A stretch of DNA of 58,032 nt, filler included, from Sphacelaria rigidula (GCA_964200075.2; 8 parts of 8 records of this genome joined end to end with filler, not necessarily neighbours in it); one strand, 5' to 3'; shown: positions 12,638-25,727, counted from the whole stretch's first letter. Numbers and translations: made by a program. The notes: generated by a model from the letters alone, not told the origin.

Positions 12638-12718
12638 GTGGTGCATGTTCTTCAGAGCGACGTGATGAAGTGGAAGTGGTTCGCCGACAACATCGCTTCT
12701 TTCGTCGCAAACGGAAAG
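12638..12718 (+). CDS. DDX42: DDX42-like exon
   Basis: VVHVLQSDVMKWKWFADNIASFVANGK; cag/gtatg boundaries. Confidence 0.88.
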
Positions 12719-12736
12719 GTATGTATGTCACAACGA

Positions 12737-12980
12737 TACTTTTCATGATAGCCCCCCCTCCCAAAAAAAACAAACTCGCGCGGAAAATGGTCATACAGCG
12801 CCGGATGTTTGGTTTCAGGCTGGCATGAAGTGCCTCATTTGGGTGACGTTGGCGAAAATGAACCCAAGCGTGGGACTTCCCGGCTGCTCGCTGTGCTCGG
12901 CTTTTTTCATTTCGATTAATGTGTAGATTTTTCATCCCCAAACCAGCCACTTTTGGGCGGGGGGGCTATCATAGAAAGTA
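12737..12980. mobile_element. MITE with ~30-bp TIRs
   Basis: TACTTTTCATGATAGCCCCCCC...GGGGGGGCTATCATAGAAAGTA. Confidence 0.7.
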
Positions 12981-13449
12981 TTGAACATACGCGCGCACCA
13001 CACACGCCCTCACACACGTTTTTTGCCGCTGTTGTTCGTTCGATCAAGTCGTTGAGTCTGCCGACCGATTTGCCTACCTACACCCGCCTGAACCAGCACT
13101 ACCAAAGTCGCTGGCCTCGTGTAGGGCAGTCGAGTGCCAGATGCATTTCCAGCGTGAGACGTGTGCTGTCAGCGGATGTCACGCGGTGTGTGGTTCTGGC
13201 CTTATACCTAAAACCGCTCTCCAAATGTCACTGTTGGTCACCGATGATGTAGTTTTGATTTGTGGATGGGCTGATTTTTTTCAATCGGCTTTCATCCGCT
13301 TGTTTGGAGTTTCATCTTGAGCGTTGGTCAGTTTTTTTTCCGGTTGAGTCGGTCGTGCTTCGTTGCGTTTCGGTACAGCAAAAGCGACGTTGGTATCAAT
13401 GCCAGGGCTCCCCTCGAGATCGTTCTCGATATCGGTCTCGAGACTGTTC

Positions 13450-13653
13450 CAAGGGCAGGTCGAGTAAGGTATACTTAATCGCGGGGTATTTTGAAAGTCG
13501 TACTTTTAAGTACTAAGATTGGGGTAAGGGGTTGGAGTCGTAACCAAAAAATAGCTGGAAAGCGACCTCTAACACCCTACCCTAATTTGTGTACCGTAAG
13601 CACGACTTTAAAAATACTCCGCAATTGAGTATACCCTACTCGATCTGCCCTTG
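13450..13653. mobile_element. 204-bp fold-back MITE with 8-bp TSD (hAT/P-like)
   Basis: CAAGGGCAG...CTGCCCTTG termini, near-complete hairpin, and GACTGTTC duplicated on both flanks. Confidence 0.88.
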
Positions 13654-13732
13654 GACTGTTCCTGATACCATCCATGATGGGCAACGGATCTGCCGACCGC
13701 GCGTGGGGAAATCATTGTCGTGATATTTGTGT

Positions 13733-13734
<2 letters not shown>

Positions 13735-13780
<46 letters not shown>
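13735..13780. repeat. (GT)n microsatellite
   Basis: Read directly. Confidence 0.95.
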
Positions 13781-13784
<4 letters not shown>

Positions 13785-13806
13785 GGCGCGCGCTGTGCTC
13801 TCACAG

Positions 13807-13919
13807 GTGCTGGTATTCGTCTCATCCAAGCAAGGATGCGAGGACCTCTGCAAGTCGCTGAACCAGCACACCAATCTGCAGGCGGGAACAATTCACGGCG
13901 ACAAGGACCAGACCGACAG
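13807..13919 (+). CDS. DDX42: DDX42-like exon (motif IV, HGD); gene continues beyond the contig
   Basis: VLVFVSSKQGCEDL...TIHGDKDQTD(R). Confidence 0.9.
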
Positions 13920-13974
13920 GTATCCCCAAACGCTACAGGCTGGGTCAGCCTACAAGCGGATTTGTACTTCGCAG

Positions 13975-14434
13975 GCGAATTCGCATTTTTTTTCTTGGAG
14001 TTGAAAGTGCAATTTGGTATGGACAATCAACAGGACATGAAGAAAAGCTGTCTGTGAGGTCCCGAAGTTTTTTTTTTCCATGAGTCAAGGGCAATAATCA
14101 GGATTTCACTTTCAACTCCAAGAAAAAAATTGCGAATTTATGTTTGGAGAGCCGGGCCGGCGGAAATTCGGAACAGTATTTTGCAGGCCGTTTATCGGCC
14201 CACGTTTGGTGTTAGGGGTTGAAACTTTGTGCGCGACCTCGCTAGGTCATGATGAACCAAGAAAAATGGGTGAGGTTGGTTTATATTCTTATTTTTCACT
14301 GATTGAGGGCGTTTTAGTATAGTTACGACCATATTTTCACGAGAACGCCCGAACCTCTCATAAAAAAATAAAACGAAGGCCCAGTTTTTTTTACTCAGCA
14401 TACCTCTGTCGTTCTCCATGCCAAGTTTCAAATC
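13975..14434. repeat. Dispersed repeat shared with contig 5
   Basis: GAAATTCGGAACAGTATT...CCCACGTTTGGT...TTGAGGGCGTTTT...CACGAGAACGCCC is collinear with 33190-33465. Confidence 0.8.
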
Positions 14435-14534
14435 NNNNNNNNNNNNNNNNNNNNNNNNNNNNNNNNNNNNNNNNNNNNTTAATTAATTAANNNNNNNNNN
14501 NNNNNNNNNNNNNNNNNNNNNNNNNNNNNNNNNN
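14435..14534. other. Artificial contig linker
   Basis: N44-TTAATTAATTAA-N44. Confidence 0.99.
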
Positions 14535-15999
14535 TGCCTTTTGGGCTCGTCTTGTGTTGGTGCGACGGGCTGGTCGGGCGTGGTCGGGGGGGGTGTTGTG
14601 GGGGGGGGGGGGGGGTTATTTGATCGCACGAGAAAAGAGGCTCATAAGTGTGTCAGACGACCTGCCACACTCGCGGTGCGCTTGCATTTGGTTCAAAAAT
14701 GATGTCAATCGGTATGAATGAGCGTTATTAATCTATAACAAGCTCGTTCGAGCAACCGTTGCTGCTTTCAACGACGATTTGACTTGGAACTTCGAGCAAG
14801 AAATCGCCCAAAATACTCCCCACCCTATCGTAGGATGACTCGGATGTGGTATGAAGTACCCACAGATTGCATGGTCCCAGAGATGGGGAGTCTACCGGTG
14901 GGAACCAAACAGCTGGTAAGCAATTGGTCATGGGGAATGATCCTCGTAGACGCTATCAGTGGGGATCAGGATTACCAACCCCAGGAACGCCATGGACGTG
15001 CCCTTCACTCGTGCCATTTGCATTTGAGCCGATGAGAGATGCCCGAGGGGTGTGGGCCGTTTTTCATATTTTCCCCTTCTTTTACATTGTATCCAAGTAC
15101 TGTGCGCCTTCTACTTTCGTCGCGTGACGCTTGCGAGCCTTGGTGGATACAAGGATGGCAAGAAATCAAAATCATTGCCAATATTGCACTTGAAAGAATG
15201 ACGAGAATATGCCCAGTAGTGGCGTAGATTCCACCACGGGTTGGGAGCGGCCGGTTGCATACAGACGCGTTGCACTTTCCTTACCTTTTCTCCCTTTCGT
15301 GCTGAAGACCCTAGCACCGAACAGCTATAGCAGAATCCCTATGGTCAGAAACATTGCCTCTTCCTGTCCCCAACTCAGGAAACCACAAGCCAAACCCTGA
15401 TACATATAGCCCAAAACTTACAACTGATCGTTCGAACACTAAATACGGCAAACCGTCGTCGCAGAGCGCGTGCTTCAGCAATCTCCGCAACAGTCTACGA
15501 TACTCTCACAAGGATCCTGCAGACGCAGAAGTAGACTTGGAGTCCTGACGCTGCGGGGTTCACCAAGACCGTCACCCACAGGCCCCTTCCTGCTAACGTG
15601 ACGTTTCTTGCCTTCTCCCTGACTTGAGCCTCCGGCTACTTCACGGCTATCGATGTTGACAGACCTATCTGCATACGATCCCTCCTGCCCCGGAATCCAC
15701 CCAATTTCAACTCTGGGGACCTAGGTGTCTTAGAACTTGAAATACGGATACCGTTGAGCTCATATTCAAGTATACGACAACACTGACATCGCAGGTTTAG
15801 AAATTCGAGAGGCACGTCATGAACTTTGCGCTTATCAGAAGAATGAGCCGTTGATGAGACGTTTCGCCGTCACTTTCTCAGTGTTGGCTCCAACATCTCT
15901 TCTGCTGCGCATTGCACCTGAGCGCTGGCCGATACTGGTGCATCAATATCAACAATGTCGCCAGTCACCGAGACCGTGCGCGTACGCACCACGACTCCC

Positions 16000-16521
16000 T
16001 CAGACGTTCCCCTCTACCGAGAAGCTCCCGCTACCGTATATTCTGTCGCTACTATTTCCAACTCCTGGACTGACCCGATCGCAACTGCCCAAATCCCCGT
16101 CTCGCCGACCCCCCTTGTCAACACTCACTGCAAGTGGTGTAAGAAGCTCACTGTCCATATTCTCCATCTTTGCCCTCCCTGACACTGGTCGTTTCCCATC
16201 ACTACGACTACTCCTACCCCGTTTCTCTCCCCATGCTCCCGTTCCCACCCTCCACCCAGCTCCACCACCTCCTGTCCCCCCGTGCCCACCCGTGCTCATG
16301 CTACCAGTCCCTTGTCTCCTCCCGACTCCGCTGCTGCTGCCCGCGGCATTGCCGTCGTTATCCGCGTGTTGTACGCCGCTTACACCGCTGTCGGCTTTGC
16401 TGCTGATAGATGAGGACGCCGTCCACTTCCATCCCACATTGTCACCAGTGCCGCCCAAGCCGTTCTCCTTTTCCTTCGAAATCTTCGCAGCGGCATCAAC
16501 CAACGCGCATATCTTTTCGTA

Positions 16522-16556
<35 letters not shown>

Positions 16557-17001
16557 GTACACCATTGTGCTTGCCTCCTCTCCCGACCTTCTCCTCTTCT
16601 TCTCCTCCATTCTCTCGCAGTTCGTTGTCGGCTTTTGGGGACCTTGTCACGACAGTAGCACCACCGGTCACGCGGTGTTTCGAAACATTACGTGTGTCGC
16701 GTCTCGTACCATGTATCTCGAGTTTGTGCGCGTGTTCCCTGCTGAACTCGACCCCGAGCGAGGCAGAGCTTGCCCTAGCGGAGTCAATTTTGTCCCCGAG
16801 GCCGGAGGCGCTGCTACTGTTATGCTCGTCCGAGAGTTCCGAAACTTCGGAGATTGTCTGTTCGATACGTGAGCGTACGCGCGGGTTCAGGTAAAAAGTG
16901 TGAAGGTAGGAGAGGAACGGAAGAGACACCTCCGCCCACGCGAATGCGCAGACATGCGGTGAGATGGATGAGGAAAAGTAGGCATGTACGATACCTTCAG
17001 C
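16000..17001 (-). CDS. Probable long terminal exon, low-complexity (Gly/Ser/Asp-rich), unknown function
   Basis: ctcag acceptor at 17002-17004 and a 1-kb open frame ending in TGA; (GAC)n is read as poly-Asp. Confidence 0.55.
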
Positions 17002-17496
17002 CTGAGGACGGCAAAATGCGAGTCTTCCATGCGGCAAGGGTCTATCTTGGATTTTCTCTTAAGATCGATGGTAGATGTTTGCCTAGCGTATTTTTTTGCG
17101 TTTTTCTAATCGTTTCGTTTCGCTTCGTTTCCGCTGTTTACCTCTCTCCAGTTTCATCTGTTCGTTCTCTCCTTTCCTTTTCATCATCCCCCTTTCTTGA
17201 ATGCCCCTTCGTAAGTGTTTCCTTTATTTACCTGGGACACGTCTACATGGTGACCATGGCCAGATTCGTAACGCATCACTTGAAATTCGGAGACAAAAAA
17301 TATGCTATCAATCGACCAATCACAATATCAAACTGTGCGCTGGTCGACAGCAAGTAAACACACGAATCGAACGCAACGGAGTGAAGCTACAGTCCCACCC
17401 CGCCAATCACCCGCCCCCTCGTCTAACCGCTCTCCTGCGCCACCGGGTCGACCTCACCCATGTTTAATGTATTCGAGGTCTTCGTTTTCTCCTTAC

Positions 17497-17588
17497 AATG
17501 GATGCCAAGCGGTCGTCCTTGGGGAGGAAGTACCCGATTGAGCTTCCGTCTTCGCTGGAGTCATCCCTCAAGCCCATGCCGGCCAGGG
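17497..17588 (-). CDS. Candidate exon (A)LAGMGLRDDSSEDGSSIGYFLPKDDRLASI
   Basis: ccgcag acceptor and GTAAG donor; phase 0 fits the 17001 exon. Confidence 0.4.
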
Positions 17589-18219
17589 CTGCGGTCAAAC
17601 TCGGATCTCTTATAAGCGTTCCGAGCAACATCATTAGGGGGCGGAAATTGGGGAGTCAATGTGTGATGACCATGCTGTGTGATACACACTTGCTCAGTGC
17701 ATCGCATCTTTTGTACAGGCACCTGGGGACGTTTCTCTCGACAAGAGGTGGGCCAAGAAAATGTGACAAGCGCTCGGCGCGCGCGAAATCCACCCGTCAC
17801 ACCAGGTGGGTAGGTCGCTCGAGTGAACGTTTGGATTTCGTTCCGAACGCTATCAGCAAGGCTTTCGATGACATCTCGATATCCGGACTCTATCTTGTGC
17901 GCTCATGTGTTTCGCTTGTTGTTGTGGCATAGATAAACCTGCCACTCTTTGCCTCCGTCTCTTACCCCTGTTGCGACACGTCTGCCGGACAAACACTTCT
18001 TCAGTGAACTGGTAGACCACGATAAAACGAGAAAATGGGTAAAAGCGGCACCGGATCTCCCACCCCCTCCCCTACTGGAGCAAGCAACAGATTGTTCGCG
18101 CTTTGAATCGCTTCTCGATAAGGGCCTTTTCCTGGAGGGCTTTTCACTTACGTAGTACAGGATGTCTGGAACCAAGAATTAGACCTGGTTGCCGCGTTTG
18201 TGCTGCCGGTATTCCTTAC

Positions 18220-18386
18220 CTGGCAGAAGCCTCTTGCTTCGGGACAGACGCACCATCGCCCTCCGGACTACCGAACTCCCTGTGGTGGAGGATCTCTCGC
18301 ATGAGAGCCAACATCGCCACATCTACGTTTGTGCCGCGCTTGGCGCTGGTTTCGAAGATCTGGGCATGCATCGCGTGCGCAAAGCT
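18220..18386 (-). CDS. Rab/Ras-superfamily GTPase exon with G5 motif: SFAHAMHAQIFETSAKRGTNVDVAMLALMREIL...
   Basis: FETSAK.G.NV is the canonical G5 motif; ccag acceptor and AG/GTAAG donor. Confidence 0.85.
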
Positions 18387-19916
18387 CTGGATGCGTCAAC
18401 GGAACGCGATAATGGCGACGACAGAGGGGCCGAGTGGTTGGTCAGATTCGCGTTGCGTGCTAATCAACCAGATGGGATGTTTTCAGCGGTACTCGTGGAG
18501 ATAAGCGAAGAGCTGAGGGCTACTCTTTGCACCACCTCACGCTGGAATCACAGCACGACAATATTGGGAAAGATCCTACAACGGAAGGTCACACATTGCG
18601 TTCTAGACGTCTCATCGTCGGGCCAAGCCATCCCTCACCCATGGTCGTACCCGCCTACAGAAAATTCATTGTCTCCTCTCGTCCTTGCTATGACCAGACG
18701 TACACGCACGCAATGTGAAGTTCTCCTTCTCTGCATGCGGCATCATACTGCTGTTAACGGATCTGAGAGAATGAACAATACGTTGGCTCATAGCCCCCGC
18801 CCTCGGCAAAGGATTCCGAGCAAGCATACATCATTTTGTTTTTGCTTGTATCCTTTTCAGGCGCATTGCGAATGTTGAAACGCCTCCCTGATCGCCACCA
18901 CGCTTCAAGAACACGCACGTAAGCCACACCCGAATAGTTGCCGTAGGCTGCGAATGTAGTAGCCCCCCACGACGGAATACGCTTGGTTGAATGGAATAAT
19001 AAAAACAGCATTCAAGGTCAGCATTGGAGCAAGACATGTCGTTCGTCGATCGAACGACTTTCACCGCCTTTTTTCACTTCTTCATTCCAGTTTCAACTTA
19101 CTGGGTTCGGCCGAACATTGAACCACGTACCTGACCACGACGATGAGGCACTCAAGTTTAGTCAGTACCTACTCATTTTAGCGTGATTTTCCTCCCACCT
19201 CCCTCCGACATTTGTGAGGAGCAATCTGAGACCACTCGGCGTGCTGTGTATAGCTTGACTGTTATCATCCCGTATGATCTCTTGTTAATTCATCAAGTTT
19301 TTTATGTTCAAAGTTTTCAGTGCAATTCGGAAGGTGCAGCAACAGTGTCCTGGCCCTTTTACCGCCCCTCTTCACCATACAACCTGCTGAAAACAAGTCA
19401 TGTTGCGAGTAGGCTTTAAAGAATCAACCATGTGGGGAAAACATTGGAAGTGTTCTGCGTTTCATTTGTACAGGAGCCGCTACTGGCAGATTATATCAAC
19501 GATGTGCGTCGTCTTACCGCTATAGATTCAGCCTGTACCACGCAATCACTTCTAATTGACATTATGGCCTGCACAACAGGGGGCAGGCGTTTTGCTACAT
19601 ACACCACAATGACACGAAAACCCTGGATTATGGTGAATATCGAAGAATACATGCCAGGTAAGACAGATTTCCAGTACAACAGAATAACGCTCATTTTCAG
19701 GCCACCTTGCAGTTCTGCCTGTGTGACCTTGGGCGGTATCCGAAATGTAAAATCTTCAAGTCATGAAGTACAAGATGGAGACAGACTGTCCGGGACACAT
19801 CAACGACTGAGCCAAGCGATCAGCGGTGACTCTTCGACCCAGGCGGAAAGCTTCTCTTGGCCAGGCGATGTCTTTCAACGTCGTCGAGTCGCCGCCGACT
19901 TCTACCGCACACCCAC

Positions 19917-20069
19917 CTTCGCCTGCTCTGTGCTGACCTCCCGTTTCCGATTCTTCTCTCCCTTACGCCCGGGCTCACTCTTAGTACCCACAAGCAAAAC
20001 GCGACATGTGCTGCGGATGTGCTTGTCCAAGAACGGTGCCCAAACGGTGGCGAGCTCCTTCAATGACGC
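19917..20069 (-). CDS. Rab/Ras-superfamily GTPase exon with G4 region: ASLKELATVWAPFLDKHIRSTCRVLLVGTKSEPGRKGEKNRKREVSTEQAK
   Basis: ttcttcag acceptor, GTGGGT donor, 51 codons; LLVG.K...KREVS.E.AK joins the G5 exon in frame. Confidence 0.82.
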
Positions 20070-21415
20070 CTGAAGAAAAACAGACACGCCAGCGAGCAGC
20101 ACGGGGAAAGCTGGACATAGCCCGCAGAAGATACACGCCGACCTCCGCATGGTGAGGGCATCGAAACGTCTTCAAGTCTTTGCGCTTTGTTCTTATATAT
20201 TTTGCCTCGGGTTGCACCAGAGGAAGATGGTACACGTGCAAACCAGCGACATAGACGGGTCGAGGTGGTACGCATAATCAGTCACAATCTGCCTTGTTTC
20301 ACGAATATTTCTTCTTACTGTGACATCGTCATACCCACGAAGCTTATTACGATGTACATGCACAACGGAGCGACATGGTGCAAGTAGGGAAGTCAAAGAT
20401 CGCTCTCTCCTCATCGTTTTACGAAGTTATTATCTACGTACTTGTCGTGCTTTTCAACCTCCACCTCCCCTTCCCCCTCATCAGGGCGAGTCCGTAGTTT
20501 CAACCAACCAACCCATCTGCCCTCCGGATTCCACCTTGCGCGGCGTAATCGAGCGTCAGATCAGCACTTCAGCAGCACACCAACTTCCGACGAACGGTGG
20601 CATCGCGATCTCGGGAAACATGAGAACCCTCTTCCGTCGCCGCTGTCGCCGCTGTCGCCGCTCCCCAGAAAACTCATATCTATCACCGGCATTGATGGGT
20701 ATCGCGGCACGTTCAGTATCCCCGCCTTCGGAGTACCGTTCCAGCGCAACAACATCATTTCATTCGGGAGTCTTGCTCTCACCCCGCCGCTACCCCAATG
20801 CGATGAGACCGCCCTCAGACAATACATGCATCGAAATTGCTCACCTTTCTGTTCACGTCGAAGCACATGAAAACCCCGTCTGCTCCTCTGAGATAGTGTG
20901 ATACTACGCCTCGATATGTTTCGCTCCCCCCGGTGTCCCACTGCGTTCGGGTCGTTTGTTGTCATCGTTTATTAGTAATCGGTGGTGAGCGAAACGAGGA
21001 TAAACAGACACAGAGCGACCGATGCAGCCGCCGTGAGGTCGTCGCGTGTGAGGTGTGCACCCGCTTGGTGAGATCAACCGGCTATCGGTTCCGTTTTGTA
21101 ATCGCCTTTATCCACGATACGAAAGCTCTTTTGCTCTTTCCGGTAAAGTTCGGCATGTGTCATTGGTTATAGTTCGTCCGAAGGTTTTCAAAGGCGTAAT
21201 TTTCCGAAGCGTCCGGGGCATTCAGATTAACTGCAAGTCAAGTCTATTCTGTTGAGGAGCAGAGCGTGTGAGGAAGACAGCGATAACGAGATATCGATAA
21301 CAAAGACATGCTCGAAATCAACTGGCTTTCACTCATACCCCCTCCATACTAGTTTTCATCGTTGATTTCGCTCAGAATATGCAGCCTCGGTGGATATAAC
21401 CGAGCCCATGTCGAG

Positions 21416-21470
21416 CGTTTCCCTACGTTTCCCTACGTTTCCCTACGTTTCCCTACGTTTCCCTACGTTT
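21416..21470. repeat. 10-bp tandem repeat (CGTTTCCCTA) x5
   Basis: Read directly. Confidence 0.9.
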
Positions 21471-21701
21471 CTACTAACCACCTACTCATAGCTTAAACCT
21501 GCTGCAACTAACCGTGTGCTCCACCGCCCCCCTTCCCCCCGCCTTCCTCGAGTACCCTGAGTACGCCCTCCCCCCCCATGACTATGGCATGCATGATCAT
21601 GCGTACATCCCCCCCGGAACGGGATGTGCTAGAGGGGGAAATGCGGGACGTGAACAAAGGTGGCATGAAATCGCTTGATGCATTAGAAAAAAAAAAGAAA
21701 A

Positions 21702-21801
21702 NNNNNNNNNNNNNNNNNNNNNNNNNNNNNNNNNNNNNNNNNNNNTTAATTAATTAANNNNNNNNNNNNNNNNNNNNNNNNNNNNNNNNNNNNNNNNNNN
21801 N
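21702..21801. other. Artificial contig linker
   Basis: N44-TTAATTAATTAA-N44. Confidence 0.99.
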
Positions 21802-23593
21802 AGCTCCGTTGCGGGTTCGGCGAGTGGCATGAAGGGCGTGCTTCATCCTGCTATGATTGCTCGGCCCGAAGCCTACTGATTATCTTGCATTTGGATAACA
21901 GCCAACAATGAGTTGCTTCCTTCTGTGGTATCGGCACTTTCAGAGACAGCCACAGCTTTTACACTGCCTCATGGGTGTCTAACCAGTTCAGCGGGGGAGT
22001 GGGGGGGTGTACTCATGATGTTGCATACCATGGTCATGATGACCACTGACCTCGCGGGGAGGGAGGGGGAGAGGGCGTACTCATTTTCAACTTGCCTTAG
22101 TCGTTTTACCATTGACCATGCACCCCTTTCGAGACGGAGCACCGTTCCTACTCCTGGTAGAGACACCTTCAACCTTCCGGCGCTCATTACGTTTCTTCCG
22201 TACATTACACAAAAACCTTTTGTGGGGGGAGGGGGGAGCAAGGTGTTTTTGCTTACGTTGTAGGCTTGTCCTTTTTTCCTCCTTTATTCAGCAATTGTTT
22301 CCATTTATTCATTGTGACTACAGCTTTTTTCTTTGTCGTGGCCACGGGGCAGCACGCGCATCTTGAGACTAGGGCTACGGTCGCCGCTGGTGGACCAGTT
22401 GATGTGGGATATCCAGCAGACCGAGCGTTCTGTTGAGACGATAGATCGAATCGGGGCGGAGAAGGGGCGCGAGTTTTGTACGGCAGATGCGTGGAGAGCA
22501 CGTTCCTGATGTTCCGTGAACATGATCTCCACAAAATCCACGAGAGCTCATTTCCCATACAGCAAATAGCTTGCTAAATTTCTGTGTAGTCCGCAGGAAA
22601 AGATTCACCCGTCCTCTAGGTCTAGCAACCTGTATGCGCTCCACGCTAGTGTACGTCCATGAACCGCGTAAAGTAGCTCCCGTGAAAGGACGTGTTGTTG
22701 TCATTGTCGTTGCTGATGCTGATGCTGATGCTGCTTTCCGGTTTTGGTACCTGAGCGCGCCTCAAGTTGCATGTAAAACGTGTAAGGCATCTCTCATGAC
22801 GGGGGTTTGTTGTCTCTGAACTCGTATCATGTACAGAAACTCGTACTAGATGTGTAAAAAATGTCCCTGTTTCCCCTGCGATAGTTCTCGAAATATTCCC
22901 CGCCTGCCCCTATTTTCCACACCATTTGGCGATCACTATTTCCAGTCATTACTCATTTGTCGAATCTCATTCGTGTATGTTCTAGATTCCGTTTTTGTCA
23001 GTCGTCATCCACGATTAAAACTTCTGTTGTATTTTGTCATCATCTTTTGCCAGTAATCGTCCAAAAGTCGAATGTCTGGCCGTAGTTTCGTCGTTTTCGT
23101 TGTCGTAGTTTAGGAGTCGAACTTTGGGTCGATCTTTGAGAGTACCGCAGTGGATTTTACTCCAGGCTTTTTAAAATGATGTGATTGAGTGCCCTCAGAT
23201 GAACACCCAAGCCTTGAAAAGTAATTTCTTAGGTGAATACGACTCCGATGTAAGACATTAGCACACCTGGGTGATAAAGCGGTTAAAGTATAGCTGCGTT
23301 TTTTTTATCTCTTCGGTTGATGTAATTACCGATGGATTGATCGATTCGTCACACATTGACATTGATGGGTCCGCTACGAATTCAGCCGTTGTCATTAGAT
23401 AAGACGTACGTACCTAAGGTAGTAACAAACGGGGCAAACTATCATGTGCGAAAACATGTGGCGAGGTGATGGTCCAAAGACGGATCCCTTCACGGGTTTT
23501 ACTCATTCTACGTTGAATGTACCCGACTTATACATGCGATTCTTCAAAATCGAGCCAAGAGGGTGCTTAGCTCCCTGTACTCAACGACCCTAC

Positions 23594-23651
<58 letters not shown>

Positions 23652-23660
23652 ACGCCCCGG

Positions 23661-23929
23661 GAAGAAAGAGCAGACAGGAACGAGCGCGGAAGGCCACGGA
23701 AGAGGAGCGCGAGAGGAAACGGTCGAAGCAGCAGAAGGTTTTCCTGGCGGGCAAGGGTGCTACAGTACTCACGGAGACACAGGAGTTGGACAGCAGCAGT
23801 TACCGGCCCAAAACCCGCCAGAGCAGGGTGGCGTACGAGGAAGTGTTGTCTACCATGGCGGCTGCTCTTGGTGACCAGCCGCAGGACGTGCTGAGGGGCG
23901 CTGCGGATGAGATCTTGGGCATTTTGAAG
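23661..23929 (+). CDS. SNRNP200: U5 snRNP 200-kDa helicase Brr2, N-terminal exon (start approximate)
   Basis: YRPKTRQSRVAYEEVLS...LGDQPQDVLRGAADEILGILK is the Brr2 plug region; the acceptor is obscured just after a poly-C run. Confidence 0.9.
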
Positions 23930-25727
23930 GTAGGAAATGGTACACACACCGCGAGAACCGGTCCGTTCCGGTCCGGTAGTGAGGAGCTGAAAATTGGGCC
24001 CGGACTGATGATGTCTCATTTATCGTGGAGATACTGAAGCTAGTGACCACCGTAGTAGTAGGATATGTTTTCCATCAACCCGAATTTACAGTTGGCTAAA
24101 TAACCAAGTTCGTTTTTTCAAGGTATCAGATTTCTTACAGGACGTACAGAGCTTGTCGGGTACGCTATGGAGGTTGTACAAAAACCCTTACCCGCAACCG
24201 GGTATTTCTACAAACGTATGTCCGTATCCCCAGGTAAGGGTGAATATGGGGGGGGGGGAAGGGGAAGCCTGGTGGTGAGAAACAGTAAATTTGGCCGGAG
24301 TTGATGCTGCTTATGGAAAAACTGAGAACTATCTTGCTTTTTAGCCATACGTTATTTGGAGATAATCGGCGTGCGGACTTCCGTCAGCTAAGCCTCGTGC
24401 TTGTGAAATCAAATTGATCGTTTATTTTGAAAGGAAGACCTAAATTCTGGCTTTCGTGTTTTCCCGTCATACTTGATTCTGAATCTTTCCTGTCTCTGCA
24501 CGAGTCCTTATTTTCAGAGGATGAGCTCGTTTCTCCCCCACTATGTACGTGTACATTCCTAAATTCAGTGTCGCGGATTGGATCACGACTATCAGCAATC
24601 ACGCACCGCGTCGCTTCTCTCCCTGGAACTGCCTTCGCCGTTCATGTCCTTAGGCCTTCATATAGACGAAACTCCACGAGAGTCGTCACGAAAAAGAAAA
24701 GAATAAAGTATACGTCGGCATTCAAACACTTCAGTCGTGTCTTGACACCGAATTCTGCGCAACTGGCTTTTCTGATCGGAGTTCTTGCTATTTGTTGTTG
24801 TGAGCAGATCTAATTCCAGGCAGAAAAATCACCCAAGAGGAAACGATATTTTGAACATGAACAAGGGGGGGGGGGGGAGTGTATGTTGAAGTGTATGTCA
24901 GGGGTACGTCAAGCGTACGTTGAGTGTATGTGCAGGACCTTCTCCACATTTTCCGTGAAACATCGACCTTATGTTCGACGGACCCATGAAAGTTCAAAGC
25001 TTCGTGGATGTGCAGTCGCTCTCACCAGCATCTGTTGAGCGCCCAAGCGCAAGTGCATTTGATCTAGCGGTAACCCTCTCGGCTACATAAAATGAGCTCC
25101 GGTTCATGGGGACTTGACTCACTTTGGCATGAGCAGTACCAAGACGCGCGATATGTAGAACTGAAACGGGCGTGTTTTCCACATTTCGTTTGCGCTGTTT
25201 TGACCGTTTCATTGCTGAAAAAATCCTTTCTCATTCAATATTGTTGGATAATACTTTATAGAGCTGTTACACCAACACACTTTCGGTTCCCGCAGCCATA
25301 TTGACCCTCCTTGGCGTATAATAAAAGTTCTCCTCCCCTTGTCAGATGTATTTACCTTCGATAACAACCGTTTCGAAATCAATCCTCAGTACTGCTTGAC
25401 TCGTCCGGAACCAACACCCACTGTTTCAGAACCCCCCGAACCCGTATCATTAGTAGATGTCAATTTCGGAACCAGTGCCTATTTGCTGAACCCTTTCAGA
25501 ACCAACATCATCCATGAATACTTGATACCTTGACACTTTCGCAACAAATCCTCGACATCCCTGAATCGGTTCGGGCCCAGTACGTGCTGCTGAACCATTT
25601 TGGAACCAATGTAATCACTGGTTGTTGACGCTTCTCGGAACCAATACTCACTTTGATTCAACCCTTGTAGAACCATCATCACTGCTGGTGATTGACACTT
25701 GTGATTTCGATACTCCTCAATCTGCAG

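Noticed and set aside
23595..23660. Poly-Pro/poly-Gly ORFs and a missing AG acceptor before the Brr2 exon
   Set aside because: This is an intronic poly-C run; the missing AG is most simply a base-call error after the homopolymer rather than a non-canonical intron.
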